Assembly: GCA_963803805.1 (NCBI GenBank) | Contig: CAWDOD010000003.1 | Location: 576,001 to 640,000, forward strand | Direction of reading: 5' to 3' | Source of the DNA: an uncultured cyanobacterium | GTDB taxonomy: Bacteria; Cyanobacteriota; Cyanobacteriia; Cyanobacteriales; CAWCAG01 | Length of the DNA stretch: 64,000 bases | Shown: piece after piece, positions 1 to 11,785 of the stretch | Layout of the letters: every line of letters starts with the position of its first letter | Position numbering within the stretch: position 1 is the first letter of the stretch | Position numbers and translations under genes: made by a program | Notes under the pieces: model-generated | Seen by the model: the letters and a program-made list of their open reading frames with translations, nothing else | Told to the model about the DNA's origin: nothing | Databases searched by the model: none

Positions 1-8
1 TATTTATA

Positions 9-578
9 ATGACTGAAAATATATCCCCTAACCCTAGCAAGAATCGCCTCAGAAATATCTTAATAGGCGGTGCTGCTATCTTTTTGAGCGTAGCCCTCTT
101 TTTTGGTCTGCAAACCCAATCTGGTTCTACCTCTTTGGAAGCACAAGCCCAAAAATCTATTCCCTTAGAATTAGCAATCAATAACCCCAACCCTACTTTA
201 ATGGAATTTTATGCCAATTGGTGTACAAGCTGCCAAGCTATGGCGAAAGATTTAGCTCAATTAAAACAGCAATATGGGCAGGAAGTTAACTTTGTCATGC
301 TCAATGTCGATAATACCAAGTGGTTGCCGGAAATCTTAAACTACCAAGTAGATGGCATTCCCCACTTTGTCTTTCTTAATCAAGAAGGCCAAACTGTGGC
401 TGAAACCATTGGGGAACAGCCATTTTCTGTCCTTGAAGCTGATTTAAAAGCTTTAATTGCTAGCCGTCCCTTACCCCATACCTATAGTTCAGGACCTGTT
501 TCTGATTTCGATGCCCCTCTATCAACTGCCAATAATAAGCAAGTAGCCCCCCGTACCCATAGTAGTCAGGTTAAATAA
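9..578 (+). CDS. txlA: Membrane-anchored thioredoxin-like thiol:disulfide oxidoreductase (TxlA-like)
   Basis: N-terminal TM helix, EFYANWCTSC CxxC motif, cis-Pro motif DGIPHF. Confidence 0.8.
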   Translation: MTENISPNPSKNRLRNILIGGAAIFLSVALFFGLQTQSGSTSLEAQAQKSIPLELAINNPNPTLMEFYANWCTSCQAMAKDLAQLKQQYGQEVNFVMLNVDNTKWLPEILNYQVDGIPHFVFLNQEGQTVAETIGEQPFSVLEADLKALIASRPLPHTYSSGPVSDFDAPLSTANNKQVAPRTHSSQVK

Positions 579-797
579 AACTAATGCACAATATCCAAAA
601 TTTTTTTTATTAAAGACATAATGGTAGGGATTACCGTACCTTACTACCCAAAACCCTTGCCAAAACCTATCTACTTGCGCTAAGTATTATAGAGGTACTT
701 CTCAACTCGTAAAAAGCTCGATTCATTACTAAAGTCGTCTGAGTTGGGGGGGCTTTTGTCAAGAGTTTATGTAAAGGATTTCAAATAAATTTAGCGT

Positions 798-1016
798 ATG
801 AGTAGTAAAGTAGCTCACCCTATGGTGAAGTTGCAGCACAAACTGCTTTCCCTTGTGGATTCAAAAGTCCTCAAGCCCAGTGATAAAATCTGGAAAGTCG
901 CTTTTCTGTATGGCGACAAATGGGAATATTGGAAAAAAGAGCTGCAAGACTTTGGTTTCAGTACTCAAGACCCCATTAGCGAAGTGCTAGTGGTGGAGGC
1001 TTGGGACGAAGACTAA
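798..1016 (+). CDS. DUF4327 family small cyanobacterial protein
   Basis: HPMVKLQ...IWK.A.LYG..W..WK.EL.DF.F..QDP pattern typical of the family. Confidence 0.75.
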   Translation: MSSKVAHPMVKLQHKLLSLVDSKVLKPSDKIWKVAFLYGDKWEYWKKELQDFGFSTQDPISEVLVVEAWDED

Positions 1017-1032
1017 AGGAGGTTGCCAAATC

Positions 1033-2253
1033 TCAAATACATTGAGCTAAAGCTTCAGCTAACTCTTTAGCTGTTTGATAGCGCTCACTCAGTTTGCGTT
1101 CACAAGTTTTTTTGATGACGCGGCTAAGTACAGGCGTAATAGTTGGGATATTTTTTAAATCAAATCCATAGCTATTACCCAAATCTCGATAGTATTTGAG
1201 AGGAGCTTCTCCTGTTAGTAAAAAGATAAGAGTAGGACCGATAGCATATAAATCTGACTGAGGACAAGGTTTACCTCTATCTTGTTCTGGTGAGCTATAA
1301 CCTTCTGCACCAATGCGAGTTCCTGAAGGAGTGCCAATCTCTTTGACAGCGCCAAAATCCAACAACACGATGCTCCCGTCAAGGTTACGGGCCATCAAGT
1401 TGGCAGGTTTCACATCTCTGTGGACTAAAGGTGGTTGAAGAGAGTGGAGGTAGCCAAGAATATCGCAAGTTTGTATCATCCATTCAATTGCCTGTTGTGG
1501 TGCGACAGGGCCTGTTTTATAGATGCGTTCCTCTAAATTCTGGCCGTGAATTAGCTCCATGGCTAAATATTTTTTCCCTTTTTCCACAAAAAAGTTGTAA
1601 TAATTGGGAATTCCCGGATGATCTAAGGTTTTGAGAATACGAGCCTCCCTTTCAAAAAGTTCTTGGGCTTTGGCGATCGCTGCCATATCCGCATTCATTT
1701 CCTTAAGAACCAATAAATGGGGAGAATCACTCTTCTGACTATGTTGATCCCAAGCCAGGTAAGTTGTTCCCATCCCTCCCTTTCCTAAAGTACGAAGAAT
1801 TTGATAGTGGCGGATAAATTGCTCTTTCTCCACCAAAGGATAGCCGCAGTGAATGCAAAATAAATGCTTCGGTGGTTTTGGCAAATTGCGGCAAGGCTGG
1901 TGGGTTAAAGGGCAGTTAGGGAAGGCTGAACCAGTCTTTTTCCGAGCAGATTGAATTTGAAATCTAAATATAGGCCCTTTTTTAGCTAACTGGATAATCG
2001 AACCATTAGTAAGTAATCCTTGAGTTGTCAGAATACCATTAAGGAAAGTGCCATTAGTACCTTTACTAAGTAACTGCCAAGAAGAATTATCAATTTTCTT
2101 CAACTCTAAGTGATAGCGTGATATCTCTGGATAATCTTCCAGAATGATGTGATTATCCCCAGCTCTACCAATACGAATAATTGCTTGTTGGGGGAAGTTC
2201 CATTGTTGTATGGCAGTATGGCCTTGGGATTTTAATAAAGTCAGGATGACCAT
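1033..2253 (-). CDS. FHA-domain Ser/Thr protein kinase
   Basis: FHA motifs IGRAGDN, ISRYH, GTNGTF; FCIHCG zinc ribbon; kinase motifs GKGGMG, HRDVKPAN, DFG. Confidence 0.9.
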   Translation of the reverse strand: MVILTLLKSQGHTAIQQWNFPQQAIIRIGRAGDNHIILEDYPEISRYHLELKKIDNSSWQLLSKGTNGTFLNGILTTQGLLTNGSIIQLAKKGPIFRFQIQSARKKTGSAFPNCPLTHQPCRNLPKPPKHLFCIHCGYPLVEKEQFIRHYQILRTLGKGGMGTTYLAWDQHSQKSDSPHLLVLKEMNADMAAIAKAQELFEREARILKTLDHPGIPNYYNFFVEKGKKYLAMELIHGQNLEERIYKTGPVAPQQAIEWMIQTCDILGYLHSLQPPLVHRDVKPANLMARNLDGSIVLLDFGAVKEIGTPSGTRIGAEGYSSPEQDRGKPCPQSDLYAIGPTLIFLLTGEAPLKYYRDLGNSYGFDLKNIPTITPVLSRVIKKTCERKLSERYQTAKELAEALAQCI

Positions 2254-2496
2254 AGGATAACTAATAACATCCTACCTGATACCATTTATCATTTATCATT
2301 GAACATTTACCATTTGTTATTAACAACAGTATTTGTTGCCTGTAAGCTAAATTTATCCAGTCTTATAACAAATACTACTGGCAAAACTTATCTTAATTAA
2401 GTCTCCGCTAAACGGGTGGGAATTAGTATGAAATAGAAATTGATTTAGCTTGTCACTTTTGCCCTAGGCTACCACCACAGGCTAGTGGTAACAGAA

Positions 2497-4590
2497 TCAA
2501 ATCTGGGGAATACCTAGAGATTGTTGGTTAGGGCGGACTTTTAACCGTACTAAGATGGCTGTTATATTATCATGACCATTTTGGCGATTAGCAAATTCTA
2601 TTAGTTTATTTAAACCTTGTTCTAGGTTGGCACTGGAACTCATCAGAGGATGGAGGTAGGTTTGAGAGTTGGTTTCTAGTAAATTGCCATCAGACAAGCC
2701 ATCAGAACAAAGGACTAACATCGTATCTTCATTGACCTCCATAGAATAAATATCAGGATTGATAAAATTGTTGTTGCGGGGTCCTAGTGCCTGAGTCAAT
2801 TGGTAAGCATCTGCACGAGCATAGGCAACTGTTGGCTCTACACCACGCTGAATTTCCCTTTGTCCTACCTCATGGTCTACAGTAAGTTGTTCTAAACCTC
2901 GTTTGCGAGTATAGCCATAAACTCGACTATCCCCCACATGGGCAACCAAAACATTAGTATCTTGTACCAAAATCATCACTAAAGTTGTTCCCATACGCCC
3001 GCTTCCTGAACGAGCATTTTGTTGATTAACATCGTAAATTGCTTGGTTTGCAGCTAAAATTCCTTCTCGGATAATTTCTTTACTGGGCAACTCATCTTTC
3101 CAATGGAGTTGAAAGTAACGCTGTAAGTTTTCGACTGCCATGGCGCTAGCAACTTCCCCAGCCGCATGACCCCCCATACCATCACAAACAATATATAAAC
3201 CCCGACCCTGAACATTTTTCCCCAAAGCGCTTTCTTGCTTTTTAATCTTAGTTTGAATGCCAAAATAGTCCTCATTATGCTGACGCTGACGGCCAATATC
3301 TGTACATCCAGCATCAGTTAAGCTAAGTAGTTGCATAGGTAAGACGACGGTAGGTAAGTCATCCCCTTCACCGCTAGCATAACTTTTTTCACTTTCGTAT
3401 TCGCTCAGAGTTTCTTCTTTCAGTTCGCTTTCTTCGTCTGTGACAACTTCAGCAATCTCTTCTTCTGTCCGTTGCTGTTCTTGGGCTAGTTTTTGTAAGC
3501 GAGAACGTAAATCTTCTACTGAGACAATTTTTTCTCTGTTTAGTTCATCTAATAATTGTATCAAGGGGCCATACTGAGTCCGTTGAGACTGGTTAAACAA
3601 AAGCTGCCAGACTAGGGCTAAATCCTTAAGCTTAAATTCTTGGTTTTTGGGAGTAGGATATAACTGTTGCAAGCACAACGCTTGATCCTCATCTAAGCGC
3701 AAATTATCTTCTTCCAAAAGGCTTTGAGTGCAACCTAGCTTCTCTAAAGCAACCCAAAGTTTAGTCATTTCATCAAGCCAATAGAGAATTTGTAGAGTTC
3801 CGACCTCTTCTTGGCCCCATAGAGTAGATAGGTACTCCCACTCAGAACGATCTTCTAGTAAAACGATGGATTGCTCTCCTTGCTGCCAAGCATCATAAAC
3901 TTGGGGTACTAAGTTGGCAAAGGAGTCTTGTAAAACTAAGTAAGGTTCAACAAGATTTTTCAAATCTTCTGAGTCAGGGAATAAGTACTCTTGGGTTTTT
4001 TGCTCCTCTGGAGCAAAAATGTTACCCTGTTGTTCAATAAGTACTTCTACAAAAGACTTGTGCAAGGGGTGGCGGTCTAGTACACGGAAGCAAGATAACT
4101 TAAGATCAGAGGTACTTTCCCCCCATTCAATGACAGGCGAAATTTGTTGATATCTTTGCTGTAGGTCTAGGTATATATCTGCTTCCTCTGAGGGAACATC
4201 ATTGGCTACGGCAATTTGAGTTAAGGGTTTTTGGGGTTCTGATGTAGGTGAATCTGGTGCGTATTCTATTTTTAATTCTTGTTGAGATGGTGATGTGGGC
4301 TTAGGTGCTAATACTTCTGTTATCTCTTCGTCTACCCCGCCCTCTGAGGCTGAGGGTTCTAAAACCTCAGCATCTGGTTGAGTAGTTTCATCTTCTGTAA
4401 TGGCCGGTTGGCTTACAACTGCCCAACGGATAATACCAGTAACAGCACCACAATTCTGACAACTTTTAGCACTCCAATCCACGCTCGCACCGCACTCCGG
4501 ACATTTCTGATGAGTTAGAGAAGCTCCACATTGCTGACAAAACTTGTTGGTATCGGGATTTTCAAATTCGCACTGAGGGCAAACAAGCAT
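2497..4590 (-). CDS. PP2C-family Ser/Thr phosphatase with N-terminal double zinc ribbon
   Basis: Four CxxC pairs at the N-terminus; NED, CDGMGGH, HVGDSR, CSDGL, GHDNIT motifs. Confidence 0.92.
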   Translation of the reverse strand: MLVCPQCEFENPDTNKFCQQCGASLTHQKCPECGASVDWSAKSCQNCGAVTGIIRWAVVSQPAITEDETTQPDAEVLEPSASEGGVDEEITEVLAPKPTSPSQQELKIEYAPDSPTSEPQKPLTQIAVANDVPSEEADIYLDLQQRYQQISPVIEWGESTSDLKLSCFRVLDRHPLHKSFVEVLIEQQGNIFAPEEQKTQEYLFPDSEDLKNLVEPYLVLQDSFANLVPQVYDAWQQGEQSIVLLEDRSEWEYLSTLWGQEEVGTLQILYWLDEMTKLWVALEKLGCTQSLLEEDNLRLDEDQALCLQQLYPTPKNQEFKLKDLALVWQLLFNQSQRTQYGPLIQLLDELNREKIVSVEDLRSRLQKLAQEQQRTEEEIAEVVTDEESELKEETLSEYESEKSYASGEGDDLPTVVLPMQLLSLTDAGCTDIGRQRQHNEDYFGIQTKIKKQESALGKNVQGRGLYIVCDGMGGHAAGEVASAMAVENLQRYFQLHWKDELPSKEIIREGILAANQAIYDVNQQNARSGSGRMGTTLVMILVQDTNVLVAHVGDSRVYGYTRKRGLEQLTVDHEVGQREIQRGVEPTVAYARADAYQLTQALGPRNNNFINPDIYSMEVNEDTMLVLCSDGLSDGNLLETNSQTYLHPLMSSSANLEQGLNKLIEFANRQNGHDNITAILVRLKVRPNQQSLGIPQI

Positions 4591-4765
4591 AGGGAACTTC
4601 CTTAACTGCCAATACTGTTAGGGGTAGAAACGGCAATAGGCGAGTAAATTACTTCGCTACCATTTCTACATCATATCTTGGAAAGAAGAGGGCAACATCG
4701 TACTAAAGCCCTACCTCTACTGCTAGATAATTTAACTGATTTAGTGGATAAGAAAAGAGAAATTT

Positions 4766-5377
4766 TTAAAGTTTTTCTAAATCTGTTTGTTCTTGAGAGG
4801 TTAAATGCCTCCACTGGCCTGGCTTTAATCCTTCTAGGTTGATTTGTCTTACCTTTTGGTCTTGACCTATAGTTAGAGATACTCTGACTAATCTTAAGGT
4901 AGGAAAACCTACGGCTGCTGTCATTCTTCTTACTTGACGATTACGCCCTTCAGTTAAAGTAATTTCTAACCAACAGGTGGGTATATTTTTACGGTAACGG
5001 ATAGGAGGGTGGCGTGGTGGTAAAGATGGTGCTTTTATTAGTTGCCTTACTTTAGCTTCGCGAGTAAGATAATTTTTGATCTTTACTCCTTGGGAAAGCT
5101 TTTGTAGAGCCTCAAGAGTGGGAATGCGTTCTACTTGTACCCAATAAGTGCGGAGATGTTTGAATTTGCGGTGAGATACCTTATGCTGTACGTTTCCATT
5201 ATTGGTGAGGAGTAGCAATCCTTCACTATCTAAGTCTAATCTACCTACAGGATAAACAGAGGGTAAGGAAATGTAGTCCTTGAGAGTAGGATGTTCTTGT
5301 CGGCTACTGCTATCTGTAAACTGACATAAAACTCCATAGGGTTTGTAGAACACAATATAATCAAACACAAGTAGCAC
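4766..5377 (-). CDS. rRNA pseudouridine synthase (RsuA/RluE family)
   Basis: [29 protein letters not shown]; start codon uncertain. Confidence 0.88.
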   Translation of the reverse strand: MLLVFDYIVFYKPYGVLCQFTDSSSRQEHPTLKDYISLPSVYPVGRLDLDSEGLLLLTNNGNVQHKVSHRKFKHLRTYWVQVERIPTLEALQKLSQGVKIKNYLTREAKVRQLIKAPSLPPRHPPIRYRKNIPTCWLEITLTEGRNRQVRRMTAAVGFPTLRLVRVSLTIGQDQKVRQINLEGLKPGQWRHLTSQEQTDLEKL

Positions 5378-5456
5378 AGTTGAGGTACTAGATCACAGAC
5401 TTATTACCTAGAATATGTATTAGTTTCTTAGTAATAGTTAATTTAGTACTAGTTGT

Positions 5457-6416
5457 ATGGTGGACTTAACAGTAGCAATTTGCACATACAATGGGGCAAA
5501 CCTAATACATGAGATTTTAGATCAACTGCGATCACAGGTGCAAACAGAAACCATAGATTGGGAAGTTATTGTTATCGATAATAATAGCAGTGACAGTACA
5601 GCCCAGGTAATTAAAAATTATCAAAAAAGTTGGTCTTGCGTTTATCCTTTACGCTATTGCTTTGCACCGGAGCAAGGACTATCTTTTGCTCGCAGATGTG
5701 CTATCAAAGAAGCCAAAGGAGCTATAGTTGCTTTTCTAGATGATGATAACTTACCTGCTTCTGATTGGGTAGCTCAAGTTGCTTTGTTTGGGCAAAAACA
5801 TCCCCAAGCCGGGGCTTATGGGGGACAAATTCATCCTCTGTTTGAAGTTGAACCTCCAGTGGGTTTTGAAAGAATTGCTCGTTTTTTCGCTCTATTTGAA
5901 AGCAAAGAGACTTTTTGTTACAACCAGAAGTATAAATCAAAATACAAAAGAATGTTTCCTCCTGGTGCTGGCATAGTTTTTCGTAAACAGGCTTGGTTAG
6001 ACAGTGTACCACAACGTCCTGTTTTAAAAGGTGTAGCTGGGGAGTCGTTGTTGTTTAAAGGAGAAGACTTAGAAACATTATCTTATATTAGAAATGCTGG
6101 TTGGGAATTATGGTTCAATGCCGAGATGCACATTAACCATAAAATTCCTAAAACAAGGTTAGAAAGAACTTACTTGATGCGTTTTTTTAAAGGGGTAGGA
6201 ACAAGTAGACATAAAATTAGGATGATGAAGTACAAAGGTTGGCAAAAGCCTTTAATAACTCCTTTATATATGGCTAACGATCTTAGGAAAACCTTTAGCT
6301 ATTTTTTGAAAAATCGCAGTCTTCTTGATAAAGATGTTGTTATTGCAGCAGAGATGCGTTATTTGGTTAGTAGTTTTTTATCTCCTTTTTACAACATTTT
6401 AATTTATATGAAGTAA
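5457..6416 (+). CDS. GT2 glycosyltransferase, HpsE-like
   Basis: VAICTYN, IDNNSSD, FLDDD, GEDLE motifs; C-terminus similar to cyanobacterial HpsE-type enzymes. Confidence 0.8.
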   Translation: MVDLTVAICTYNGANLIHEILDQLRSQVQTETIDWEVIVIDNNSSDSTAQVIKNYQKSWSCVYPLRYCFAPEQGLSFARRCAIKEAKGAIVAFLDDDNLPASDWVAQVALFGQKHPQAGAYGGQIHPLFEVEPPVGFERIARFFALFESKETFCYNQKYKSKYKRMFPPGAGIVFRKQAWLDSVPQRPVLKGVAGESLLFKGEDLETLSYIRNAGWELWFNAEMHINHKIPKTRLERTYLMRFFKGVGTSRHKIRMMKYKGWQKPLITPLYMANDLRKTFSYFLKNRSLLDKDVVIAAEMRYLVSSFLSPFYNILIYMK

Positions 6417-6476
6417 ATTTAGTTATATTGGCATAGTCCCCTAACTGAAACTATTCTTTAGTTTCTCAACTACATC

Positions 6477-7565
6477 TTGTCTATTTATCCAGGGTTGCAA
6501 CAACCAGTGATTGAAATTTTAGAGAAAATCAGGGTGTCTGATTTACAAAGAAAGGATACGCACATTATCGCTCTTGAACCGCAAAGTTACTTATGTTTTT
6601 TGGTCGTTAGAAATGAAATGCTACGACTACCATTTATTCTCAAATACTATCGAGAAAAAGGAATCACCGATTTTTTTATAGTTGATAATGATTCCCAAGA
6701 CAATACTTTAGCTTACCTATTACTACAACCGGATGTTTATGTTTGGCATACTTCTCAACATTTTTCTAAGAAGTTAGACTGGCTTAGTTGTTTACTGCAA
6801 ATCTATGCTCTAGGCCATTGGAGTTTAATTATTGATGCTGATGAAATTTTATATTATCCAGATTGTGAGGAGCAAAGTATTCCTCAACTATGCAATCATT
6901 TAGATAAGCAAGGTAAAAATGCTTTACAAGTTATTATGTTAGATTTGTATAGTGATAAGTCTATTAAAGCTACCAATTATCAACAAGGTGAAGACTTTTT
7001 AGCAAGTTGCTCTTTTTTTGATCGACAGTTTTTTCATCATCGAGAAGGAATTAGTCATGATTATTACTGGGGGGGATTGAGGCAAAGAGTTTTTGGTACT
7101 TCTAATCAACAGGAGAAAAAGCTTTATTGTTTAACTAAGTTTCCTTTGCTTAAATACAACTCCATAATGCAGTTATATTCGAGTCATTTGGTTAAAAATA
7201 TCAAGATTTCTTCTACTACTGGTTGTTTACTACACTTTAAATATTTCTCTTCTTTTATTGATTATGTACAAGAAGAAATCAAAAGAGAACAACATTGGCA
7301 AGGAGCTAGTGAATACAAAAAGTATGCCAATATTATAGGTGAGCAAGAAAACTTTACTTTATATGATTCAGTAGAGTCAATAAAACTAAAAAGTAGTCAG
7401 CAACTAATTGATTTAGGGATAATAAAACGTGGTTTTTCTACTGAAAATATGCCTAGATTTTTAGTCGTTTGCTTAGAATTGGGATTTGATTTAATCAAGA
7501 AAATGACTAATTTGGTTTATCATAAATTACTAAAAAAGAGTTTTCCTAAACTGGTTTTTCATTAA
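6477..7565 (+). CDS. GT2-like glycosyltransferase
   Basis: [30 protein letters not shown] motifs; TTG start uncertain. Confidence 0.75.
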   Translation: MSIYPGLQQPVIEILEKIRVSDLQRKDTHIIALEPQSYLCFLVVRNEMLRLPFILKYYREKGITDFFIVDNDSQDNTLAYLLLQPDVYVWHTSQHFSKKLDWLSCLLQIYALGHWSLIIDADEILYYPDCEEQSIPQLCNHLDKQGKNALQVIMLDLYSDKSIKATNYQQGEDFLASCSFFDRQFFHHREGISHDYYWGGLRQRVFGTSNQQEKKLYCLTKFPLLKYNSIMQLYSSHLVKNIKISSTTGCLLHFKYFSSFIDYVQEEIKREQHWQGASEYKKYANIIGEQENFTLYDSVESIKLKSSQQLIDLGIIKRGFSTENMPRFLVVCLELGFDLIKKMTNLVYHKLLKKSFPKLVFH

Positions 7566-8758
7566 CCAAGAGATACTAAACGATCGCCCTTACTCCATTC
7601 TTCACTAACAGCAAGGACTGCCTTTCTAGCCCAAAAATCTGCTTCAACAATTTCCTCTAAACTAGGAGTAGAATTATTGAGAGTAGAAGCACGATCGCAG
7701 GCAGTTTCAATTAAGCGAGGAATATCTAAAAACTGAATCTTTTCCTCTAAAAATAGGGCTACAGCCTGTTCATTAGCGGCATTTAAAACGGCTGGCATCA
7801 AGCCTCCTGCCCTTCCCGCAGCATAGGCAAGTTGCATACAGGGATATTTATCGTGATCTGGTTCTTTAAATGTTAAACTACCAGCTTTGACTAAATCTAA
7901 CTGTTCCCAATTAGTATAAATGCGCTGGGGCCAAGATAAGGCATATAATAACGGTAGGCGCATATCAGGCCAGCCTAACTGAGCTAACACGGAAGTATCT
8001 TGCAGTTCAATTAAGGAATGAATAATACTTTGGGGATGGATGACAATATCTATATCATCGTAATCCACATTAAAGAGGAAATGGGCTTCAATTACCTCTA
8101 AACCTTTATTCATTAAGGTGGCAGAGTCGATGGTTATTTTTTGACCCATAGACCAATTAGGATGTTTTAAAGCGTCAGCAACGGTTACTTGAGACAATTT
8201 TTCTACAGGCCAGTCGCGGAAAGAGCCTCCGGAGGCAGTTAAAATAATTCTACGCAAGCCATCATCTGGTACTCCTTGGAGGCATTGAAAGATGGCGGAG
8301 TGTTCTGAATCCGCCGGTAAGATGCGGTTTTTATATTTAGAAATGAGAGGTAGAACTATTGGTGCGCCAGCGATTAAGGTTTCTTTATTAGCTAAAGCTA
8401 TATCCTTTCCTGCTTCAATAGCAGCAATGGTAGGCATCAAACCCGCACAACCCACAATTCCTGTCACCACGGCTTCAGCATCACCATAACGGGCAACTTC
8501 AGCAACTCCTTCTTCTCCTACTAAGGTGATGGGAGGATCTTCTAATTTAGCGACAATTTCTTTGAGTTGAGGATATTTATTTTCATCGCAAATAGCGACA
8601 ATTTCTGGTTTATATTTACAAATTTGTTCTGCTAGCAGAGTAATATTACTCCTGGCTGTTAAACCAACAACTCGAAATTGTTCGGGATATTGCGCTACTA
8701 TATCAAGAGTTTGCGTACCAATAGAGCCAGTAGAGCCAAGAATAGATATAGGTTTCAC
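7562..8758 (-). CDS. dxr: 1-deoxy-D-xylulose-5-phosphate reductoisomerase
   Basis: [31 protein letters not shown]. Confidence 0.97.
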   Translation of the reverse strand: MKPISILGSTGSIGTQTLDIVAQYPEQFRVVGLTARSNITLLAEQICKYKPEIVAICDENKYPQLKEIVAKLEDPPITLVGEEGVAEVARYGDAEAVVTGIVGCAGLMPTIAAIEAGKDIALANKETLIAGAPIVLPLISKYKNRILPADSEHSAIFQCLQGVPDDGLRRIILTASGGSFRDWPVEKLSQVTVADALKHPNWSMGQKITIDSATLMNKGLEVIEAHFLFNVDYDDIDIVIHPQSIIHSLIELQDTSVLAQLGWPDMRLPLLYALSWPQRIYTNWEQLDLVKAGSLTFKEPDHDKYPCMQLAYAAGRAGGLMPAVLNAANEQAVALFLEEKIQFLDIPRLIETACDRASTLNNSTPSLEEIVEADFWARKAVLAVSEEWSKGDRLVSLG

Positions 8759-8865
8759 GGTAATAGATGTAATTTATGAATTAGTTAATTAAAACCTATC
8801 ATAAGCTGTCATGCTTGGAAATTGTTTATTGAGACGAGACAATAAATGATCACTTAATTGCCTAA

Positions 8866-10641
8866 TTATTGGCCCAGCCAACCAGCTAATAACTTATCTT
8901 GTTTTTTAGTAGGAGATTTAACTGATTTAACTTTGTAACGGTTAGGTACGCTTTCAGCTAGCTTTACTTGGCAATTTAAAAGTTGTTCAGCATGGAATAC
9001 AGAGACTTGTATAACATCTCCCGGTTGATAATCTTTGAGGCGATCGCTCAATAATTCAGCCGTAACTTTATAACCATCAATTGCTAATAATTCATCCCCT
9101 GCATCTAACCCTGCCTTACTAGCAGGAGAACCGATTTCTACAAATTTAATGGTAGCAGGGCCATTAGTTTCATTTAAAATAATTCCTAGATGAGGTACTG
9201 GTTCTTTTTCTTTAACTCCAGATACTTGTAAGCCAAAAGGTTCGAGAGATTCATTAAAAGGTAATTCTTCTGTGCTGTCAAGATAAGAATTGAAGAAAGC
9301 AGTTAAATCTGTATCGGCAACGGAGGTAATAACTTCTCTTAATTGTTCTGGTGTAAAACCAATTTCTTTTTTACCGAAACGTTGCCACATTCGCAATATA
9401 ACATCATTTAAAGAGCGTTTATTATTATGGCGGGCGCGAATTAACAAATCGAGTAATAGAGAGACTAATTCCCCTTTCAAGTAGTAAGAAATTTGAGAAT
9501 TATCACTATTAGCATCGCGACGATAAAGTTTAATCCAAGCATCAAAACTAGATTCACTTAGTGGTTGGACTTTCCTGCCTGGAATGGTAAGAAAGCGGGT
9601 AACATCTTTGCTTAAACTGGCTAAATAGGTTTTGCGATCATAAATCCCTGCCCACAGAGGAATTAATAAATCATAGTAACTAGTCACTCCTTCACAAAAC
9701 CAGAGAGAGGTTGTGTAACTTTCTTGTTCATAATTGAACTTTTCTAAGACGTGGGGACGAATACGTTTGACATTCCACAAATGGAAAAATTCGTGGGCAA
9801 CTAATTGGATAAAACGGTCATACTTATCTTTAGCCCGAAAACCAAAACGAGGATAGTTTAAAGAACAAGATTCTTTATGTTCCAAACCTCCAAAGCCACC
9901 CGCAGAAAGATGGAGTAAAAATAAATAGTTTTCGTAGGGCAAACCGTCATATAAATTTGCTTCTACTTCAATAATCTTTTTAGTATCTTCAATAACTTTT
10001 TCGACATCGACATTTCCTTCTCCCCAAATAGCTAGCTGGTGAGATTTACCTAATACTTCAAAATTATAAATTTCCTGCTTACCAATTTCAAAAGGACTGT
10101 CTACTAAAGTGTCAAAATCTGGGGATAAAAAAATATTAGTTTTACCTGGAATTTTGGCTAAAGTTGTTGTAACTTGCCAGTCTGTTTGAGGAGGAATAAT
10201 TTCGATTTGTAGAGGTTGTTGTTCTAACCCCGGCAAAAAGAAAAATAAAGCCGCACCATTAAAATAGCCATGAGTACTATCTAAATGGTTGGTTCTAACG
10301 CTAAGTTCATTTGCAAAAACGCGATAAAAAACAGTTATGCTTTGATTGTCTTCTGTTTCAATACGCCAATGATTTTTAGTCCTTTTGTAACTAGATAAAG
10401 CTACTTTTTTTCCTTTAATTTCTGCCCGTAAATCCTGTACTTGCTTAGCATATTCTCGTACTAAATAAGACCCCGGAGTCCAAACCGCCATACGCAAATC
10501 CAACCAAGCTTCCTGCCAGCCCTCAACCTGAAGTGTTACCTCAAATAAATGAGTTTCCGGTTGTGGCATAGCCACTTGATAAAAAATTGTTGGAGTTGTC
10601 ACAGATGAGATGCGATCACGAATAGCAGTTGCGTCTGTCAT
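8866..10641 (-). CDS. M61 family glycyl aminopeptidase with PDZ domain
   Basis: WTPGSY, GGLEH, HEFFHLWN, WFCEG; C-terminal PDZ (SPA..AGL..GD). Confidence 0.92.
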   Translation of the reverse strand: MTDATAIRDRISSVTTPTIFYQVAMPQPETHLFEVTLQVEGWQEAWLDLRMAVWTPGSYLVREYAKQVQDLRAEIKGKKVALSSYKRTKNHWRIETEDNQSITVFYRVFANELSVRTNHLDSTHGYFNGAALFFFLPGLEQQPLQIEIIPPQTDWQVTTTLAKIPGKTNIFLSPDFDTLVDSPFEIGKQEIYNFEVLGKSHQLAIWGEGNVDVEKVIEDTKKIIEVEANLYDGLPYENYLFLLHLSAGGFGGLEHKESCSLNYPRFGFRAKDKYDRFIQLVAHEFFHLWNVKRIRPHVLEKFNYEQESYTTSLWFCEGVTSYYDLLIPLWAGIYDRKTYLASLSKDVTRFLTIPGRKVQPLSESSFDAWIKLYRRDANSDNSQISYYLKGELVSLLLDLLIRARHNNKRSLNDVILRMWQRFGKKEIGFTPEQLREVITSVADTDLTAFFNSYLDSTEELPFNESLEPFGLQVSGVKEKEPVPHLGIILNETNGPATIKFVEIGSPASKAGLDAGDELLAIDGYKVTAELLSDRLKDYQPGDVIQVSVFHAEQLLNCQVKLAESVPNRYKVKSVKSPTKKQDKLLAGWLGQ

Positions 10642-10651
10642 AAGAATCCAG

Positions 10652-10686
10652 TTACCTATTACCTATTACCTATTACCTATTACCTA
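10652..10686. repeat. Tandem heptamer repeat (TTACCTA)x5, STRR-type
   Basis: Five perfect copies between the M61 start and the Crp stop. Confidence 0.9.
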
Positions 10687-10687
10687 A

Positions 10688-11371
10688 TCACATTCTTCCA
10701 GCTAAATTAGTTAACTGCTTCATATTTAAAAGGTAGAGCATTTCCTTTTGGCTATCTTGTTCTACCCAACCCTTACTTTTCAACTTCGCCATAATCTTAT
10801 TGGTTTCATCAAGCCCAATTCCTGATACATCAGCTAAATCTTGTTCAGGAATATCCCAAATTGCCATACCTTGTTCTAAAGATAGGCCATAACTTTCTGC
10901 TAGGGAAACTAGAGTTTGAGATAATTTTACTGCTGGAGGTTTCCCTCGCATTTGGAAGCGGATATTGCTTTGGCGTAACCGCCTGACCATTAGCTGTAAC
11001 ATCCGATGATGTAGTTTGTGATCCTTAAAGAGAATTTGAATAAAACGTTGGGCAGAAATACTCAACAACTTCACCGGAGACAAAGCCGTTACATCTGTTG
11101 AACGGGGAGATTCATCTAGAATAGCCATCTCACCAAAAAAGTCTCCTCGACCCAAAATCGCTAGGGTAGAAGCGTTTTCTTCTGATAAACGACGAACTTT
11201 AACCCAACCAGAGACAATTAAGTAAACTGCATTGCCCCAAGCATCTTCCATAAGAACAGTTCTGTTTTCTGGATACTCATGCTTAACGATAACCGATAGG
11301 AGCCATTCTAAGGTTTCTGGATCTGCGGTGTTGAACAGTGGGAAAAGCTCGTTAAAAGCTTTAGTATCCAT
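10688..11371 (-). CDS. Crp/Fnr family transcriptional regulator
   Basis: cNMP-binding FFGEMAILD..PRS motif; C-terminal HTH. Confidence 0.88.
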   Translation of the reverse strand: MDTKAFNELFPLFNTADPETLEWLLSVIVKHEYPENRTVLMEDAWGNAVYLIVSGWVKVRRLSEENASTLAILGRGDFFGEMAILDESPRSTDVTALSPVKLLSISAQRFIQILFKDHKLHHRMLQLMVRRLRQSNIRFQMRGKPPAVKLSQTLVSLAESYGLSLEQGMAIWDIPEQDLADVSGIGLDETNKIMAKLKSKGWVEQDSQKEMLYLLNMKQLTNLAGRM

Positions 11372-11785
11372 GAAAGGTTAATAAGAGTGAGGATAAATAC
11401 AAAATCACGGGCAAGTGTCGACTAGAGGCTGGTTGAGGAACTCTTGATAGCACGTTAATTTATAAATTCCCACAATCTCACCATAAGCTACCAACTGTCA
11501 ACTACCTAAAAGTGATAATTTCCTATGGCTAGATAATTTTAACTGAAAATTATTGTTCTTCTCTAGTAAATGACCAATAACCAATCGCTGTGATATAAAT
11601 GTTAAGGTTTCTTACGTTAAGTTTATCAGTGTATTTACACCTAAGCTGTTGTGGCTTAGTTGTGAATTCAACTAGATGCAAATATTACTAAAATCCTTTC
11701 TCTAACTGGATCTTAGTAATTGAAGAAAGTCTCATCACCTCTAAGGGGTGACATTACTGGCAACAGTTAAATTATTAATCAATTC

